Source: Blastocladiella emersonii ATCC 22665
Taxonomy: Eukaryota > Fungi > Blastocladiomycota
Direction of reading: 5' to 3'
DNA length: 64,000 nt
NCBI GenBank assembly: GCA_025594325.1
Contig: JANHCV010000002.1
Span: 1,054,001 to 1,118,000 of the forward strand
Shown: positions 52,930 to 64,000 of the stretch, one piece after another
Position numbering within the stretch: the stretch's first letter is position 1
How the letters are laid out: each line of letters begins with the position of its first letter
Notes under the pieces: model-generated
The model's input: the letters and a program-made list of their open reading frames with translations, nothing else
The model's database searches: none
Told to the model about the DNA's origin: nothing
Made by a program: the position numbers and the translations under genes

Positions 52930-55900
52930 CTAGTTCTCACCATCGCCGCCGCCGCCGGCACCAGCACCGCTCGGTTCGCCACCGCTGACGAGGGCCGTAC
53001 CGCGACCGTGACCACGACCCCGCCCGCGCGGGTTCTTGTTCTTGGACCCGAGCGGGCGGCCGCGCTTCTTGGGCGGCGGCGGGGGCAGGGACTCGTCGAC
53101 GGGCTCCTTGGGCTTGGGTGGACGCCCACGCTTCTTCGGCGGCGGCGGCGGGAGCGACTCGTCGACGGGCTCCTTGGGCTTGGGCGGGCGACCGCGCTTC
53201 TTGGGCGGGGCGGGCGGCTCGGCCGGCGCTGCCGACTCGACCGGCGCAGACTCGACCGGCGCCGACTCGTCGACGGGTACCTTGGGCTTGGGCGGGCGGC
53301 CGCGTCGCTTCTGCGGCGGCGGGGCGGGACCGTCCTCGGTCGCTTCGGATGGTGCACCGGCCGTCGCGTCATCGGGGCTCGCCGGTTCGGCCTCGGCCTC
53401 GGCGGCCGCCGTCGCCGCAGCAGCCGCGGCTCGCGACGCGCGCGTCATGGCGGCCTTGGTCGTGCCCTTAGCCGCACGCCCGCGTCCACGTCCACGCCCG
53501 CGCGTCGTCGCCGGCGCAGCAGCAGCAGCCGCGTCTTCTTCTGGCGCCGCATCGAGATCCATGGCGTCGCCGTCGCCCGTGACGACGTCTGCGCGCTTGG
53601 TGCCCGCCGCCGCAGCCTTGTTCGCCGCGCGGGACCCGCGGGGCCGACCGCCACGCCCACGACCTCGACCACGGCCTCGCCCACGACCCCGCGTAACCGG
53701 CGGGCTGCTCGACCCAGGCTCGTCGGCGCCCGCCGCGTCAAACTCGTCGTCGGACCCGCCGGTGCGCGCCATCTTAGCCTCGCGCTGCTCGAGGTCCGAG
53801 TTCTCGTCCATGGCGTCGTCGGACGCGCGGGCCGCGGGCGCCGCGCGCTTGCGGCGGGCGGGGCGGCGGGGCTCGTCCTCATCGTCGGCGGCGGGCATCT
53901 CGAGGAGCGACAGCGTCTCGATCGCCGGGAGCGTCACCTCGACGGCGTGCGGCGGCGCCTTGCGCCCGCTCCACGCGAGCCGGTCGCCGCACCGCGGGCA
54001 CGCCGTCTGCCGCGCCAGCGCGTCGAAGAGTGTTGAGGTGGCTGGGGACTCGAGCGGGGTCGTGGCGCCGCTCCCGCCCGCGGGTGCGGGCAGTGCGACT
54101 GCCTTGGTGGTGCCGCACCCGACGCACGAGCGGACCTGGCTCGTCGGGATCAGGTCGAGGGTCAGGCAGCAACGGTCTGCGCACGTCGCAGAAGTCAGTC
54201 AGTGCGTTCGTAACGGTCGCACAAACGGGAAGAGCACGTACCCCAGGTATGCCCGCGGTCGCACCGCCCGACAATCTCGCCGCGGTCCGAGACGGCGACG
54301 CGGACGGGCACGCGGCACGCCGGGCACGTCTCGACTGCGTCCTCGTCGTCCATGTCGCCGGATGCAGCGACCGCCGCGGTGAGCGGGGTGATCGCCTCGG
54401 CGAGGGCCTGGACGCCGGGCATCACGTCGAGCCCGGGCTTAGCCTGCGCGGCCTCGGCGAGCGCGACGAGGGCGCGGGCGCACCGGACCGACGCGGCGTC
54501 GCCGGCCGTGACGCCCGTGTGGGTGACGCCGAGCACGTTGCACGCGGTAGCCTCGAGGTGGGCGCGCATGCCGATACTCGGGTTGACGGCGGCGGGCCCG
54601 TCGATGGACCGCAGCGCGAGGAAGGTCCACTGGCGCGCGACGAGGCGCGTCACATCGTCGGGGTTCTGGGTCGCCCAGAAGTCGAGGTGCGCGAGCACGC
54701 GGTCGCGCCACGCCGTGGTCGAGGTGCCGCCCGTGGCGGCCGACTGCGCGGCCTCGGCGTGGACCAGGGCGACCACGTCCCACAGGAGCGCGCGCGGGCC
54801 GAGCGGGGTCAGCGCGGGCTGCGGGACCAGGTGCGCGGCGAGCCGCTCGATGGCCGCGTCCTCGGCGTCCTGGTCGCCCACGGGCGTCGTCTGCAGCACG
54901 TCAATGTACGACGCGTGCACCTTGTCGGTGCGGTAGAAGAGCTCGTTGATCGGGAAGATGCTACGTTGCGAGGAGGTCAGTGTCCCGCCGGTGATGCAGC
55001 GAGAGATGGGCGGCGTACGTGTAGAGCACGGCGGTGAAGAAGCCGTTCGGGCTGCGGCACGCGCCGTAGAAGCGCGTCTGCTTGCGGGTGAGCGAGGGCA
55101 CACTGTTCCCGTCTTCCTCGTCGTCCTCGTCCTCGTCGTTCTCGCCCGCCGCTGCGTCGTCATCGTCATCCCCTTCATCTCGCTTGACGCCACGCTCGCG
55201 TTTCGCAGCGGCGACGTGCACGTTGTGGCGAGCGAGGAACTCGCGGACGGTCGAGCGAGCCTCGACGCGGTCGACGTGGCCCATGAGCGTGACGACGGCG
55301 ACCTGGCCGTCGACCGTGAACACACGGACGGCCTGGCCGTCGGCGGTCGGGACGAGGGCGGTGATGGCGGCGGGCATGTGCGGGAGGTGGACCTCGCGGA
55401 CCTCGTTGCGGACCACGTCCCAGACGCCGAGCATGGCGCCCTTGGCGAGGACGAGGACTGCGTCGTTGACCCAGTGGAGCGCGGTACACACGCGCGGGTC
55501 CGTCTGGTACGGCTCGCCGAGCGGCGACGCGTCGAGGCCAGGTGCGACGGCGATCACGCCGACGTTGCCCGTCGACAGCGCGTAGGCGAGGTGCGTCCCC
55601 GCGGGCGACCACGCGAGCCGCGTCACCCACCCGGGACACCGGCCGGGCGCGGGGGCGCCGCCACCGTCGGGCAGCGCGGCGGGGACCAGGTGCCAGATGG
55701 CCAGCAGGTCCGTGTCGGCGTGGCCGTACGCGTCGCGCCGGTAGTGCCACAGCGACACGTGGCCGGCCTGCGTGCCGAGCGCGAGCAGCGGGCCGGGCGC
55801 GTCGGGCGGGGCCACGGTGCTCCACGCCACGGAGACCACGGTCACGTCGCGCGGCGAGACGGTGGCCGTCGGTCCTACGGCATCGGTCGGGCTGGCCGCG

Positions 55901-56448
55901 GCCGCGGCGGCGGCAGCAGCGACGCGGTCGTTGACGAGGTGGCGGGTCAGGACGGGCCCGAGGTCGGCGACGCGGGTCCAGGCGGGCAGCGGCTCGTAGA
56001 CGGCAGCGGCGCCGCAGTGGTCGACGGTGACCAGGGCGCACCCGCCGTCGCGCGCGATGCCGCGGGGCGACCACGCGGCGGTGCGCCAGGTGCGGAACAG
56101 CGAGTCGCCGGCGAGGACCACGTCGTCGGTAGCGGCGCGCGGCAGCAGGGCGCGCTTGTTGGACGGGGCGCCGTCGTCGCTGCCGACGGACGGGATCGAC
56201 GCGCTGGCGATGGGCGTGAGCGGGTGCGCGGGGCCCGGCTTGAAGGTCGGCGTCTGGTTGGGTGTTGTTGGTGCGGGTGATGGAGGGGGTGAGGAGGGAT
56301 CAGGGATCAGGGCGAGACAGCGAACACAGCGTACGAGGATGTGGATGGCCTTGGACGTGACGGCGGCCAGCTGGTTGTCGTCGGACCACAGCAGCGAGTC
56401 GACGAGCGTCGGCGTCGCCCGCAAGATGAATGTTTTCTCGAGAGCCAT
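52930..56448 (-). CDS. TFIIIC subunit delta/TFIIIC90 (GTF3C4/Tfc8/Sfc9-like): WD40 + zf-TFIIIC, extended by an AT-hook tail; about 3 introns
   Basis: N-terminal LLWSDDNQLA..AAWSPRG..ALVT WD40 pattern; spliced zinc finger CPAC..RCDRGHTW|DRCCLTL..RSCVGC..CPRCG continuing in frame into ORF 52930-53937. Confidence 0.75.
53040..53305. repeat. Four coding AT-hook repeats
   Basis: KRRGRPPKPK, KKRGRPPKPK twice and KKRGRPLGSK, separated by PVDES..PPPP spacers with near-identical DNA. Confidence 0.85.
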
Positions 56449-56511
56449 GGCACTGCACCAAGTCGGCGTCGGCTACTGGGGGTGCATGGCAGGGGGATGT
56501 GGGGAGCGGGG

Positions 56512-56522
56512 AGATTCGAACT
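56512..56522 (-). promoter_or_regulatory. B-box (TFIIIC-binding) motif upstream of the TFIIIC90 gene
   Basis: Minus strand AGTTCGAATCT matches RGTTCRANTCY, 64-74 nt upstream of the start codon at 56448. Confidence 0.55.
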
Positions 56523-56609
56523 CGGGTCGCGGTCCGCACGCGAAAGTGCATTCTTTGTTTGGGATGGCCGCTCGCTGGCTGTGAGGAAAAATCCGACCGG
56601 CCGCCGCGA

Positions 56610-56620
56610 GGCTCGAATCC
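56610..56620 (+). promoter_or_regulatory. Second, imperfect B-box motif
   Basis: GGCTCGAATCC, one mismatch to GGTTCGAATCC, inside a GCGAGG..CCTCGC inverted repeat. Confidence 0.35.
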
Positions 56621-56701
56621 CCGGCCTCGCAATTTTGTGTGTCACTTGTCGCATATGCATGGGCCCGTTTCCTCCTCCCAACGCGCATCCCCTGCCGCCG
56701 T

Positions 56702-58960
56702 ATGGACCGCATGGACGCCGACGCACTCCGGGACTCGCCCTCGGCTGCACCACCCGCTGCTTCGCCCTCGGCACTCGCAAGCACGCCCATTGCCATCGCA
56801 TCCAGCACGACGGCGAGCCCGTCCAAGCGGCCCCTGCCCGTCGAGCACTCGGCGGTTCCCGCATCGCCCGCGTCCGCCGCAAAGCGCTCGCGCAACCACT
56901 CGCCGCTGCCAACGGCATCCGCGACCGACCCGCGCGTGGGATCGTCGTCCATCGCGTTCCCCTCTTCAGCCTCGAGTTCGAGCCCGGCACCCCACCACGC
57001 CACCATGAGCGTCCCCGCATCCCCGACCGAGGCCATGTACGGCCCGACCGCGCCGCCGCCCGCCTCCGCAACCGCCACCGGCGTGGCCAACCTCGCGACG
57101 CTGTACGCGTCGGACGAGGACGAGTACGAGAGCGAGTACGAGGACGCGCCCGAGGAGGGGGAGTCGGCCGCGCAGATGGCGGTGCAGATCGACGCGTACC
57201 TGACGCACATTGAGCGCGTGTACGGCGACGAGCGGCTGGACGCGGACGAGGCGATGCTGCAGGCGACGCGGCTGCTGGGCAACCTCGACGCGTGCGCGTG
57301 GCAGATGCGCGAGTACCCGCCGGCGCTGGTCGTGCGGTGGGCAAAGTCGTGGCGCCGCATCGTCATGGACGCGGTCGAGCTCGCCGAGGCCGCCGATCCC
57401 GCCGACGACCTGCGCGCCATCACCGAGACCATCTTGCGCGCCACCAACTTTGTGCGCGCCGTGTGGGACGAGGGCTACTGCCTCGACGAGTTTGGCGCGC
57501 CCGCCGTCCCGATCCACGTCCAGATCCGCTACTGCTTCGCGAGCCTCGCCCTGCGCATCGCCACGGCCGCCGTCGAGTACATTGAGTCGCCGCGCCGCCA
57601 CTGGGACTGCCTCCCCGAGATCCGCACCGGCATCAACTGGATGCACGTCGCCATCATGCACTCGAACGTGCCCGCCGCCGCGCTCCTCGACTTTGTGACC
57701 ACCGCCGTGCGCGACGTGCACGACCTGTGCTTGTCCATCCGCCGCTGCATGTCCTCGTCCTCGGCCAAGACCGTCGACGGTGTGTGTTCCCGACCGTGCG
57801 ATCCCATCGTCATGACTGACTCACATTCGGGAATCGTGAATGTAGACCCGACGCTCGCCTTCCGCGTGCAGCTGTGCACGTCGGCGCTGACGTGGCTGCA
57901 CCACGTCTGGTACACGTCGCACGGCACGGCCGCGCGGCACGCGCAGTTCATGTCGGCGTGGTCGCTGCTGCTTCGCCGGATCGCGTACGACCAGCCGGCC
58001 GCGCTCGCCACGTCGCCGCTGCTCGCGCAGCTGCCGCCGACGCCCGTGCTCGCCATCTACGCCGCGCAGCGGTCCTCGCACGTCTCGTACCTGACCCACG
58101 ACATCTCGCACCGCCTCGAGTCGGCCCGCATGTACCGCCTCGCTGCCTCGTCGCTCGCGTCTGACCTGCGGTACGCCGAGTACTCAGACGAGTTCACCTT
58201 CGACGATGTGTACCCGTACGGGTTCATCACCACGGCCGACCCCGACCACACCATCGACTTCTACCTCCACAGCTCCGGCCGCGAGGCGTACGCCGTCATC
58301 GACGCGGCCACGCGCCACCCCGGGTCCGTCACCAACCGCACCCTGCGCACCGCGCACGAACTGTTCGCCAAGATCGACGCGCTGATCGCCGAGCGGCCGG
58401 TCCGGCCCAACCCGCAGCAGCAGCAGGAACCCCCGCTGTACAAGGGAAAACGCGTGATACGCCCGCGCCAGCCGACCCCGCCGCCGCCGCCGTCCGCGGG
58501 CGAGGGATCCGCGGGGGCAGCAGCAGGGGCCACCGCCGCGGCCGCGCCGGCCGCGCACCCCGTGGCACGTCGGTCCGGCGCGCCCATCACGCTCGACTAC
58601 CTCGACAGCTCCGACTCGGACGCCGACTGGACCATGGACTACGACGACGATCTCGACGACCTGAGCAGCGGGTACTCGGCCCCGATCACGGCCACGGGCG
58701 GCCGCGTCGCGACACCAGCAGCGGCCGCGACCGCGTCGGCGGTGCAAGCTGCAGACACGGACGACGAGGAGGACGAGGATGAGCTGATTGACGAGGCCGA
58801 GCTCGACGCCGAGATCTGCGACCTCATGGACGCGGACCCGGACGCGGACGTCGCGGCAGCCGTCGCGCACATGGCGCGGCTCGCGCGCGAGCAGGCCGTG
58901 GCCGAGGCGGCAGCGGCGGCGGCTGGGGATGCGGGAGGTGACGATGATGGCAAGGAGTGA
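56702..58960 (+). CDS. Hypothetical protein (helical core, acidic disordered ends), probable in-frame intron near 57780-57845
   Basis: 773-aa ORF with host codon bias; no family recognised. Confidence 0.7.
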   Translation: MDRMDADALRDSPSAAPPAASPSALASTPIAIASSTTASPSKRPLPVEHSAVPASPASAAKRSRNHSPLPTASATDPRVGSSSIAFPSSASSSSPAPHHATMSVPASPTEAMYGPTAPPPASATATGVANLATLYASDEDEYESEYEDAPEEGESAAQMAVQIDAYLTHIERVYGDERLDADEAMLQATRLLGNLDACAWQMREYPPALVVRWAKSWRRIVMDAVELAEAADPADDLRAITETILRATNFVRAVWDEGYCLDEFGAPAVPIHVQIRYCFASLALRIATAAVEYIESPRRHWDCLPEIRTGINWMHVAIMHSNVPAAALLDFVTTAVRDVHDLCLSIRRCMSSSSAKTVDGVCSRPCDPIVMTDSHSGIVNVDPTLAFRVQLCTSALTWLHHVWYTSHGTAARHAQFMSAWSLLLRRIAYDQPAALATSPLLAQLPPTPVLAIYAAQRSSHVSYLTHDISHRLESARMYRLAASSLASDLRYAEYSDEFTFDDVYPYGFITTADPDHTIDFYLHSSGREAYAVIDAATRHPGSVTNRTLRTAHELFAKIDALIAERPVRPNPQQQQEPPLYKGKRVIRPRQPTPPPPPSAGEGSAGAAAGATAAAAPAAHPVARRSGAPITLDYLDSSDSDADWTMDYDDDLDDLSSGYSAPITATGGRVATPAAAATASAVQAADTDDEEDEDELIDEAELDAEICDLMDADPDADVAAAVAHMARLAREQAVAEAAAAAAGDAGGDDDGKE

Positions 58961-59067
58961 TGTGATGGACGCAGCAGTGTGAATCAACAACGACCACGAA
59001 GAGGGAAGATACGGTGCTAATGGCTATATTCACTGACAGCGAGCGATCCTGCGCACACGCGCGGCGC

Positions 59068-60546
59068 TCAGTAGAAGACGCGGACGAGAATGTTCTCCTC
59101 GAGCGCCGAGATCCCCTGGTGGATGGTCTGCAGCTCGTCGACGAGGCGGCCCTTGTCGAGGGTGACGTCGGCCATGAGGTAGGCGATATCGCCGTTGCCC
59201 TCAGACGACTGGCGTTCGATGTTGAAGTCGGACAGCAGCAGGTTGATCTTCTTGAGGACACCGGGCACGTTGCGGTGGATGTTGGTGACGCGGATCGTGA
59301 GCGGGTTGCTGAGGGGCTTGAGGGCGAGCGCGGGCAGGTTGACGGACCCCTGCGAGTTGCCCTCGGCGACGTAGCTGACGACGGCGCGCGACACCTCGAG
59401 CCCGATGGCGCGCTGCGCCTCCTCGGTCGACCCGCCAATGTGCGGCGACAGCAGCGTGTTCGGGCAGCCCAGCAGCGGCGACTCGAACCCGGCGCCGTTC
59501 TTGGCGGGCTCGACCGGGTACACGTCCACGGCGGCGCCGGCCAGGTGCCCGGACCGCAGCGCGGCCGCGAGTGCCGGGATGTCGACGACGGTGCCGCGCG
59601 ACGCGTTGATGAGGTACGCGCCCTTCTTCATGAGGGCGAGCTCGCGCGCCGTGATCAGGTTCATGGTGTCCGGGGTCTCGGGGACGTGCAGGGTCACGAA
59701 GTCGGCGCACCCGAGCAGCTCCTCGAGCGAGCGCAGCTGGCGGGCACTCCCCAGAGGCATGATCTGCTGGATGTCGTGGTAGACGACGCGCAGACCCATG
59801 GCCTCGGCGAGGACCGAGAGCTGCGAGCCAATGTGGCCGTAGCCGACGATGCCGAGCGTCTTGCCGCGCACCTCGTAGCACCCGGCCGACACCTTGTTCC
59901 AGACGCCCTGGTGCATCTCGTTGTTGCGGTCGCCGAGCTGGCGGGCGAGCGCGACCATGTTGGCGATGGTCATCTCGGCCACGGACCGCGAGTTGGCGTA
60001 GGGCGAGTTGAAGACGGCGACGCCGCGGCGCGACGCCTCGGCGAGGTTGACCTGGTTGGTCCCGATGCAGAAGCACCCAATGGCCAGCAGCCGGCGCGCC
60101 GCCGCCAGCACCCGCGCCGTCACCTGCGTCTTGGACCGGATGCCCAGAACTTGCACCCCGCCGATCCGCTGCACCAGCTCGTCCTCGGACAGCGCGCTCT
60201 TGGCCGTCTCGACCTGGTAACCCGCCGCCTCGAGCGTCGCCACCGCGACCGGCGAAACGGACTCGAGCAGCAGCACCTTGATTTTGTTCTGGTCGAGCGC
60301 GTGCCACGTCCGCGCGGCTGCGGCGGGCGCGTTGCGCGACGGCTGCGCCGGCGACAGCACGGACATCATGCTCGGGGTCCCGGACCGCGCCGAGGCGTCG
60401 TCGTCGGTCGCGACACCCGACCCGCGCCGCGACAGCATGTGCGCCGTCACCTCGGCGGGCGTCGCGCCCGGGTTGGGCCCGGCCGCGGCGGCGGCGGCGG
60501 GGGCAGTCGTGTTGACGGTAGGGGCAGTGGTGGTCTCGTTGGTCAT
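59068..60546 (-). CDS. SER3: D-3-phosphoglycerate dehydrogenase with C-terminal ACT domain (alternative in-frame ATG at 60666)
   Basis: GIRSKTQVT, GCFCIGTNQV, NSPYANSRSVAE, GIVGYGHIGSQ, LINASRG, PHIGGSTEEAQ, HRNVPGVL motifs. Confidence 0.96.
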   Translation of the reverse strand: MTNETTTAPTVNTTAPAAAAAAGPNPGATPAEVTAHMLSRRGSGVATDDDASARSGTPSMMSVLSPAQPSRNAPAAAARTWHALDQNKIKVLLLESVSPVAVATLEAAGYQVETAKSALSEDELVQRIGGVQVLGIRSKTQVTARVLAAARRLLAIGCFCIGTNQVNLAEASRRGVAVFNSPYANSRSVAEMTIANMVALARQLGDRNNEMHQGVWNKVSAGCYEVRGKTLGIVGYGHIGSQLSVLAEAMGLRVVYHDIQQIMPLGSARQLRSLEELLGCADFVTLHVPETPDTMNLITARELALMKKGAYLINASRGTVVDIPALAAALRSGHLAGAAVDVYPVEPAKNGAGFESPLLGCPNTLLSPHIGGSTEEAQRAIGLEVSRAVVSYVAEGNSQGSVNLPALALKPLSNPLTIRVTNIHRNVPGVLKKINLLLSDFNIERQSSEGNGDIAYLMADVTLDKGRLVDELQTIHQGISALEENILVRVFY

Positions 60547-61694
60547 TGCAATAACTGTGTTGGATGCGAGGCCGGGGGAGGGGGAGGAGCGACGGGGTGC
60601 GGACGACCAAGAGCTTAAGTAGTCGGCGAAGCAGTTGCCACGCTGGCCGTCGCGGATCGGGTCCATCGCGCTGGCGGGTGGCTGGGGCCGGTGATGCGTG
60701 GTAATTTGGGCCGGTGAGTCGGCGCGATGCGGCGCGACGCGTCGGCGCGGGCCGATTTTCAAACGCGATAGGGACGCGCCGCGTGACGGGTCCTCGCTCT
60801 GCGCCACTCGGCCGCGGGAGGCGCGCGGGCGGGGTCGGCGGGGCGCGCCGATCCACGGAGGCGGTCGTGGTCGGGGTGGCTCAGCAGCAGCAGTTCGTCA
60901 CCAGAGACACAGCGGCGGAGAGCTGGATGGTTCCGAGAGGCGGGCTCGGCCGCGATCGTGGTGACCTTCGCAGGGACCATCGGCCCACGCACGCCGACCG
61001 CAGCGTGCTGTGTCCCTACGTGTCCGTCACAGTGCTCGTGATCAAGATCAAGGGATGTAGGTCGGCCATGGTCGTAGCTCCAGTCCCTCGAGATGGCGGC
61101 AGAGTGGAGATCATGATGGCGAGGCATCGAGCCTTCTCCGATCCTCCCTCTCCTCCAGGTCAGGTCGACCATGAGCGTGCAACCCTGCTCGAGGTCCAGC
61201 TTGAGGTTCAGGCAGCGAGAAGCCCTTCACGCGCAAGACACGGTTGACGCGCGAGACATCCAACGCACGTGATGCCCGGATCGCGCGCCGGATTTTCCTT
61301 GCGCGCGCCGCCCGCGGTTGTTTGGAGACAGGTGGCTCAGCCCGGGTCCTTGTGCGCCGCGGCCGTCCGTCGTCGTCGCCATGGCCGTCGTCCAGCGCGG
61401 CCACCATGGCCGTTGGGCCCGCCCTTTGGCAGGGCGGATTATTCACACTGGCCGGCCGCCGCCCACGTGTGAGGCGCTCTCGCCGCGTGAAAAAATAGCG
61501 CCCGGCGCGGTCGGGCACGTTGCGCGCTCCCTCGCCTCCTCCGCCGCTCGCTGACGCCCGCGCCCGCCGATCCGCGCGCGTGTCTCGCGCTCCTCTCTCC
61601 TCGCAACAGACGCGACCTGATTCCAATGACTGCTTGAATCAATCACCACCCACTCCCTGCAACGCATCAACTCCCCGCACACCGCACCGAAACC

Positions 61695-62079
61695 ATGGCG
61701 AGCATCAAGGCGCGCGTCGGGCACTACGAGGTGATCGAGACGCTCGGGACCGGGTCGTTTGGCAAGGTCAAGCTGGCGCAGCACGTCTACACGGGCCACC
61801 GCGTCGCCCTCAAGTTCATCAACAAGGCCAAGCTCGCGCGCGAGGACGGCATGGCCGCGCGTGTCGAGCGCGAGATCGAGTACCTGCGCTTCCTGCGCCA
61901 CCCGCACATCATCAAGCTCTACGAGGTGCTCGCCACCCCCACCGACCTCGTCATGGTCATGGAGTACGCCGGCGACGAGCTCTTCCACTACATTGCCGAG
62001 CGCGGCCGCATGGCCGAGGACGAGGCCCGCCGCTTCCTCCAGCAGCTCCTCTCCGCCGTCGAGTACTGCCACCGCCACC

Positions 62080-62111
<32 letters not shown>

Positions 62112-63740
62112 CTGCTCCTCGACGCCCGCCGCCACCTCAAGGTCGCCGACTTCGGCCTGTCCAACACGCTGCACGACGGCAACTTCCTCAACACCTCGTG
62201 CGGCAGCCCCAACTACGCCGCACCCGAGGTGATCGCCGGCAAGCTGTACGCCGGGCCCGAGGTCGACGTGTGGTCGTGCGGCGTGATCCTCTACGTCATG
62301 CTGGTCGGCCGCCTCCCCTTCGACGACGACTACATCCCGTCACTGTTCCAGAAGATCTCGGGCGGCGTCTTCTCGATCCCGCCCTTTGTCTCGCCCGACG
62401 CGCGGTCGCTGCTCCTCGCCATGCTCGTCGTCGACCCGCTCCGCCGCATCTCCATCCCCGAGATCCGGAGGCACCCCTTCTTCGTCCGCAACCTCCCCGC
62501 CTACCTCAACCCGCTCCCGCCCATCCCGACCTCGGCTGCCGCCGCGGGCATGCCCGGACTGCTCCCTGCGACGACAGTAGCCGCTGCGACTGCGAACGGC
62601 AGCACTGCCAACGGCGACCAGTACCTCGACGACGACGCGGCCGCCATCGAGGAGGAGCCCCTCGACGAGGAGGTGGTCGACGAGCTCGCCGCCAAGCTCG
62701 GCATCCCGCGCGACGTGGTCATTGCGCGCCTCGTCGCCAACGAGGACGAGGACGACGACGACCCGATGGACACGTCCGCGCCGGGCGAGCCACCACACCA
62801 CCCGCGGCACGTGCGCCGCGGCGACCCGCTCGAGGAGACGGACCCGATCCGCGTCGCGTACGCGCTGTGCGTCGACAACCGGTTCCTGTGGAGCGGCCGA
62901 CGCAGCGAAAACGCCCTGCGGGAAACGGCGTGGACCGCCGCGAGTTCCCCGCCGCCCGCGACCGGTGCCGCGACTGCCGGACCACCACCAGGAGCGGTAG
63001 CCGATACCCCGCCGGTTGTCAGCAACGTGCACGTCCTGCAACGCGGCTCACCGTCGCTCACCGGCGACCCTGTGCCCGCCCCGCAGCAACCGCCCGCGCC
63101 GCGACGCGTCGCGCGGTCCAAGTGGCACGTCGGGATCCGGTCGCGCAGCCCGCCGCTCGACGTGATGCTCGAGCTGTACAAGGCGCTGCACGCCGTCGGG
63201 CTCGCGTGGAAGCCGCTCGGCCCGTTCGCCCTGCGCGCCCGATACACGTTCCCCGTGCCCGAATCCGCGCCGCCCGGATCGCCCCAGGTCACGGTCAAGC
63301 TCGATATCCAGCTGTTCAAGGTCGACACGGCCTACTACCTCGTCGACTTCAAGCTGGTCCCCGCGCCCGCGACAACGGGGTCGGCGGGCGGATCGCCGCA
63401 CAGCAGCGCCGGCGGGATCGGGTCCGGGTCCGCGGCCTCGTCCTTCGTCCCGTCCACGCTCGGCACCACGTTCAACGGCGGCCGGTCGCTCGCGGGCAGT
63501 TTGGCCAACGGCGGAGGTACCGGGTCCAGCTTGCCGTACGGGTCGTCCCTCGGCAGTTCTATTGGTGGCGGCGGCGTCGCGTCGTCCCTCCCGGCGTCGT
63601 CGTCGGCGCGGCCCGTCGTCCGGCGCCGGTCGTCGGCCATGTTCCGCGCCCAGGCCGCCAACGACGACCGCGTCGTCAACGTGTTCGGGTTCCTCGAGGT
63701 CGCCGTCCGCGTCATCACCGAGCTCGCGTCGTCCGGGTGA
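61695..63740 (+). CDS. SNF1: AMPK/Snf1 catalytic subunit
   Basis: LGTGSFGKVK, HRDLKPENLL, FLNTSCGSPNYAAPEVI, and C-terminal SKWHVGIRS..KLDIQLF..YLVDFK..FLEVA regulatory domain. Confidence 0.96.
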
Positions 63741-63931
63741 GGCCAGAGGGCAGATAGGCTAGAAATACATTCGATATCATCACCACACGAACCTCTTGTT
63801 GAGCCGAGTGACTCGGCGCGCTCGTGGCGGAAGGCGGTCGATGAACAACGCCGCCGCTGTGATCGGCGTCCTCTCTCGCCAACGTCGCCACCCGCTGCTA
63901 CGCATCAACACCACCGTCAACACCCTGCAAC

Positions 63932-64000
63932 ATGTCGGGCCGCGCGATGCGCCGCCTCCTGCGCGAAAAGGAGGAGCAGAAGAAGAAGCTGGAGCAGGAG
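63932..64000 (+). CDS. Start of a gene, possibly RQC1/TCF25
   Basis: caacATG start; MSGRAMRRLLREKEEQ resembles the MSxRALRRL N-terminus of TCF25/Rqc1. Only 23 codons are visible. Confidence 0.45.
   Translation, partial: MSGRAMRRLLREKEEQKKKLEQE

Noticed and set aside
12616-60546. COQ7, GCN20, ARO1 and SER3 as a metabolic gene cluster
   Set aside because: They are spread over about 48 kb among unrelated genes, with no shared motif seen; compatible with chance.
60715-60721. TGAGTC upstream of SER3 as a Gcn4 site
   Set aside because: Single imperfect hexamer, not distinguishable from chance.

Overview
Gene-dense, very GC-rich eukaryotic DNA with short GT-AG introns. The gene set (AROM, HOG1, SNF1, and a ciliary ARL13) points to a zoosporic fungus, most likely Blastocladiomycota; this is inference. 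Housekeeping genes: CMC4, COQ7, an EamA transporter, a Kin1/MARK-like kinase, GCN20, a TPT/SLC35E transporter, TMEM53/DUF829, a LURP-like protein, ARL13, ARO1, HSBP1, HOG1, AVL9, a WW-MyTH4-RhoGAP, TFIIIC90, SER3, SNF1 and the start of a probable RQC1/TCF25. Four things stand out. (1) An intronless zinc-finger plus PD-(D/E)xK endonuclease gene of giant-virus type sits at codon 58 of GCN20 and is flanked by two copies of the GCN20 promoter and 5' end, the layout of a homing-type element that replaces the gene end it disrupts. (2) Positions 1-10.3 kb hold a tandem array of at least five divergent genes that join Mei2-like RRM1/RRM2 domains to SR-protein-like RS tails, with no Mei2 RRM3. (3) There is a DUF4804/MavL-like macrodomain gene. 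(4) The TFIIIC90 gene has an unusual AT-hook tail and B-box motifs in its own promoter, suggesting autoregulation. No rRNA, canonical tRNA or CRISPR array was seen. All family assignments come from motif recognition by eye; no database searches were run.
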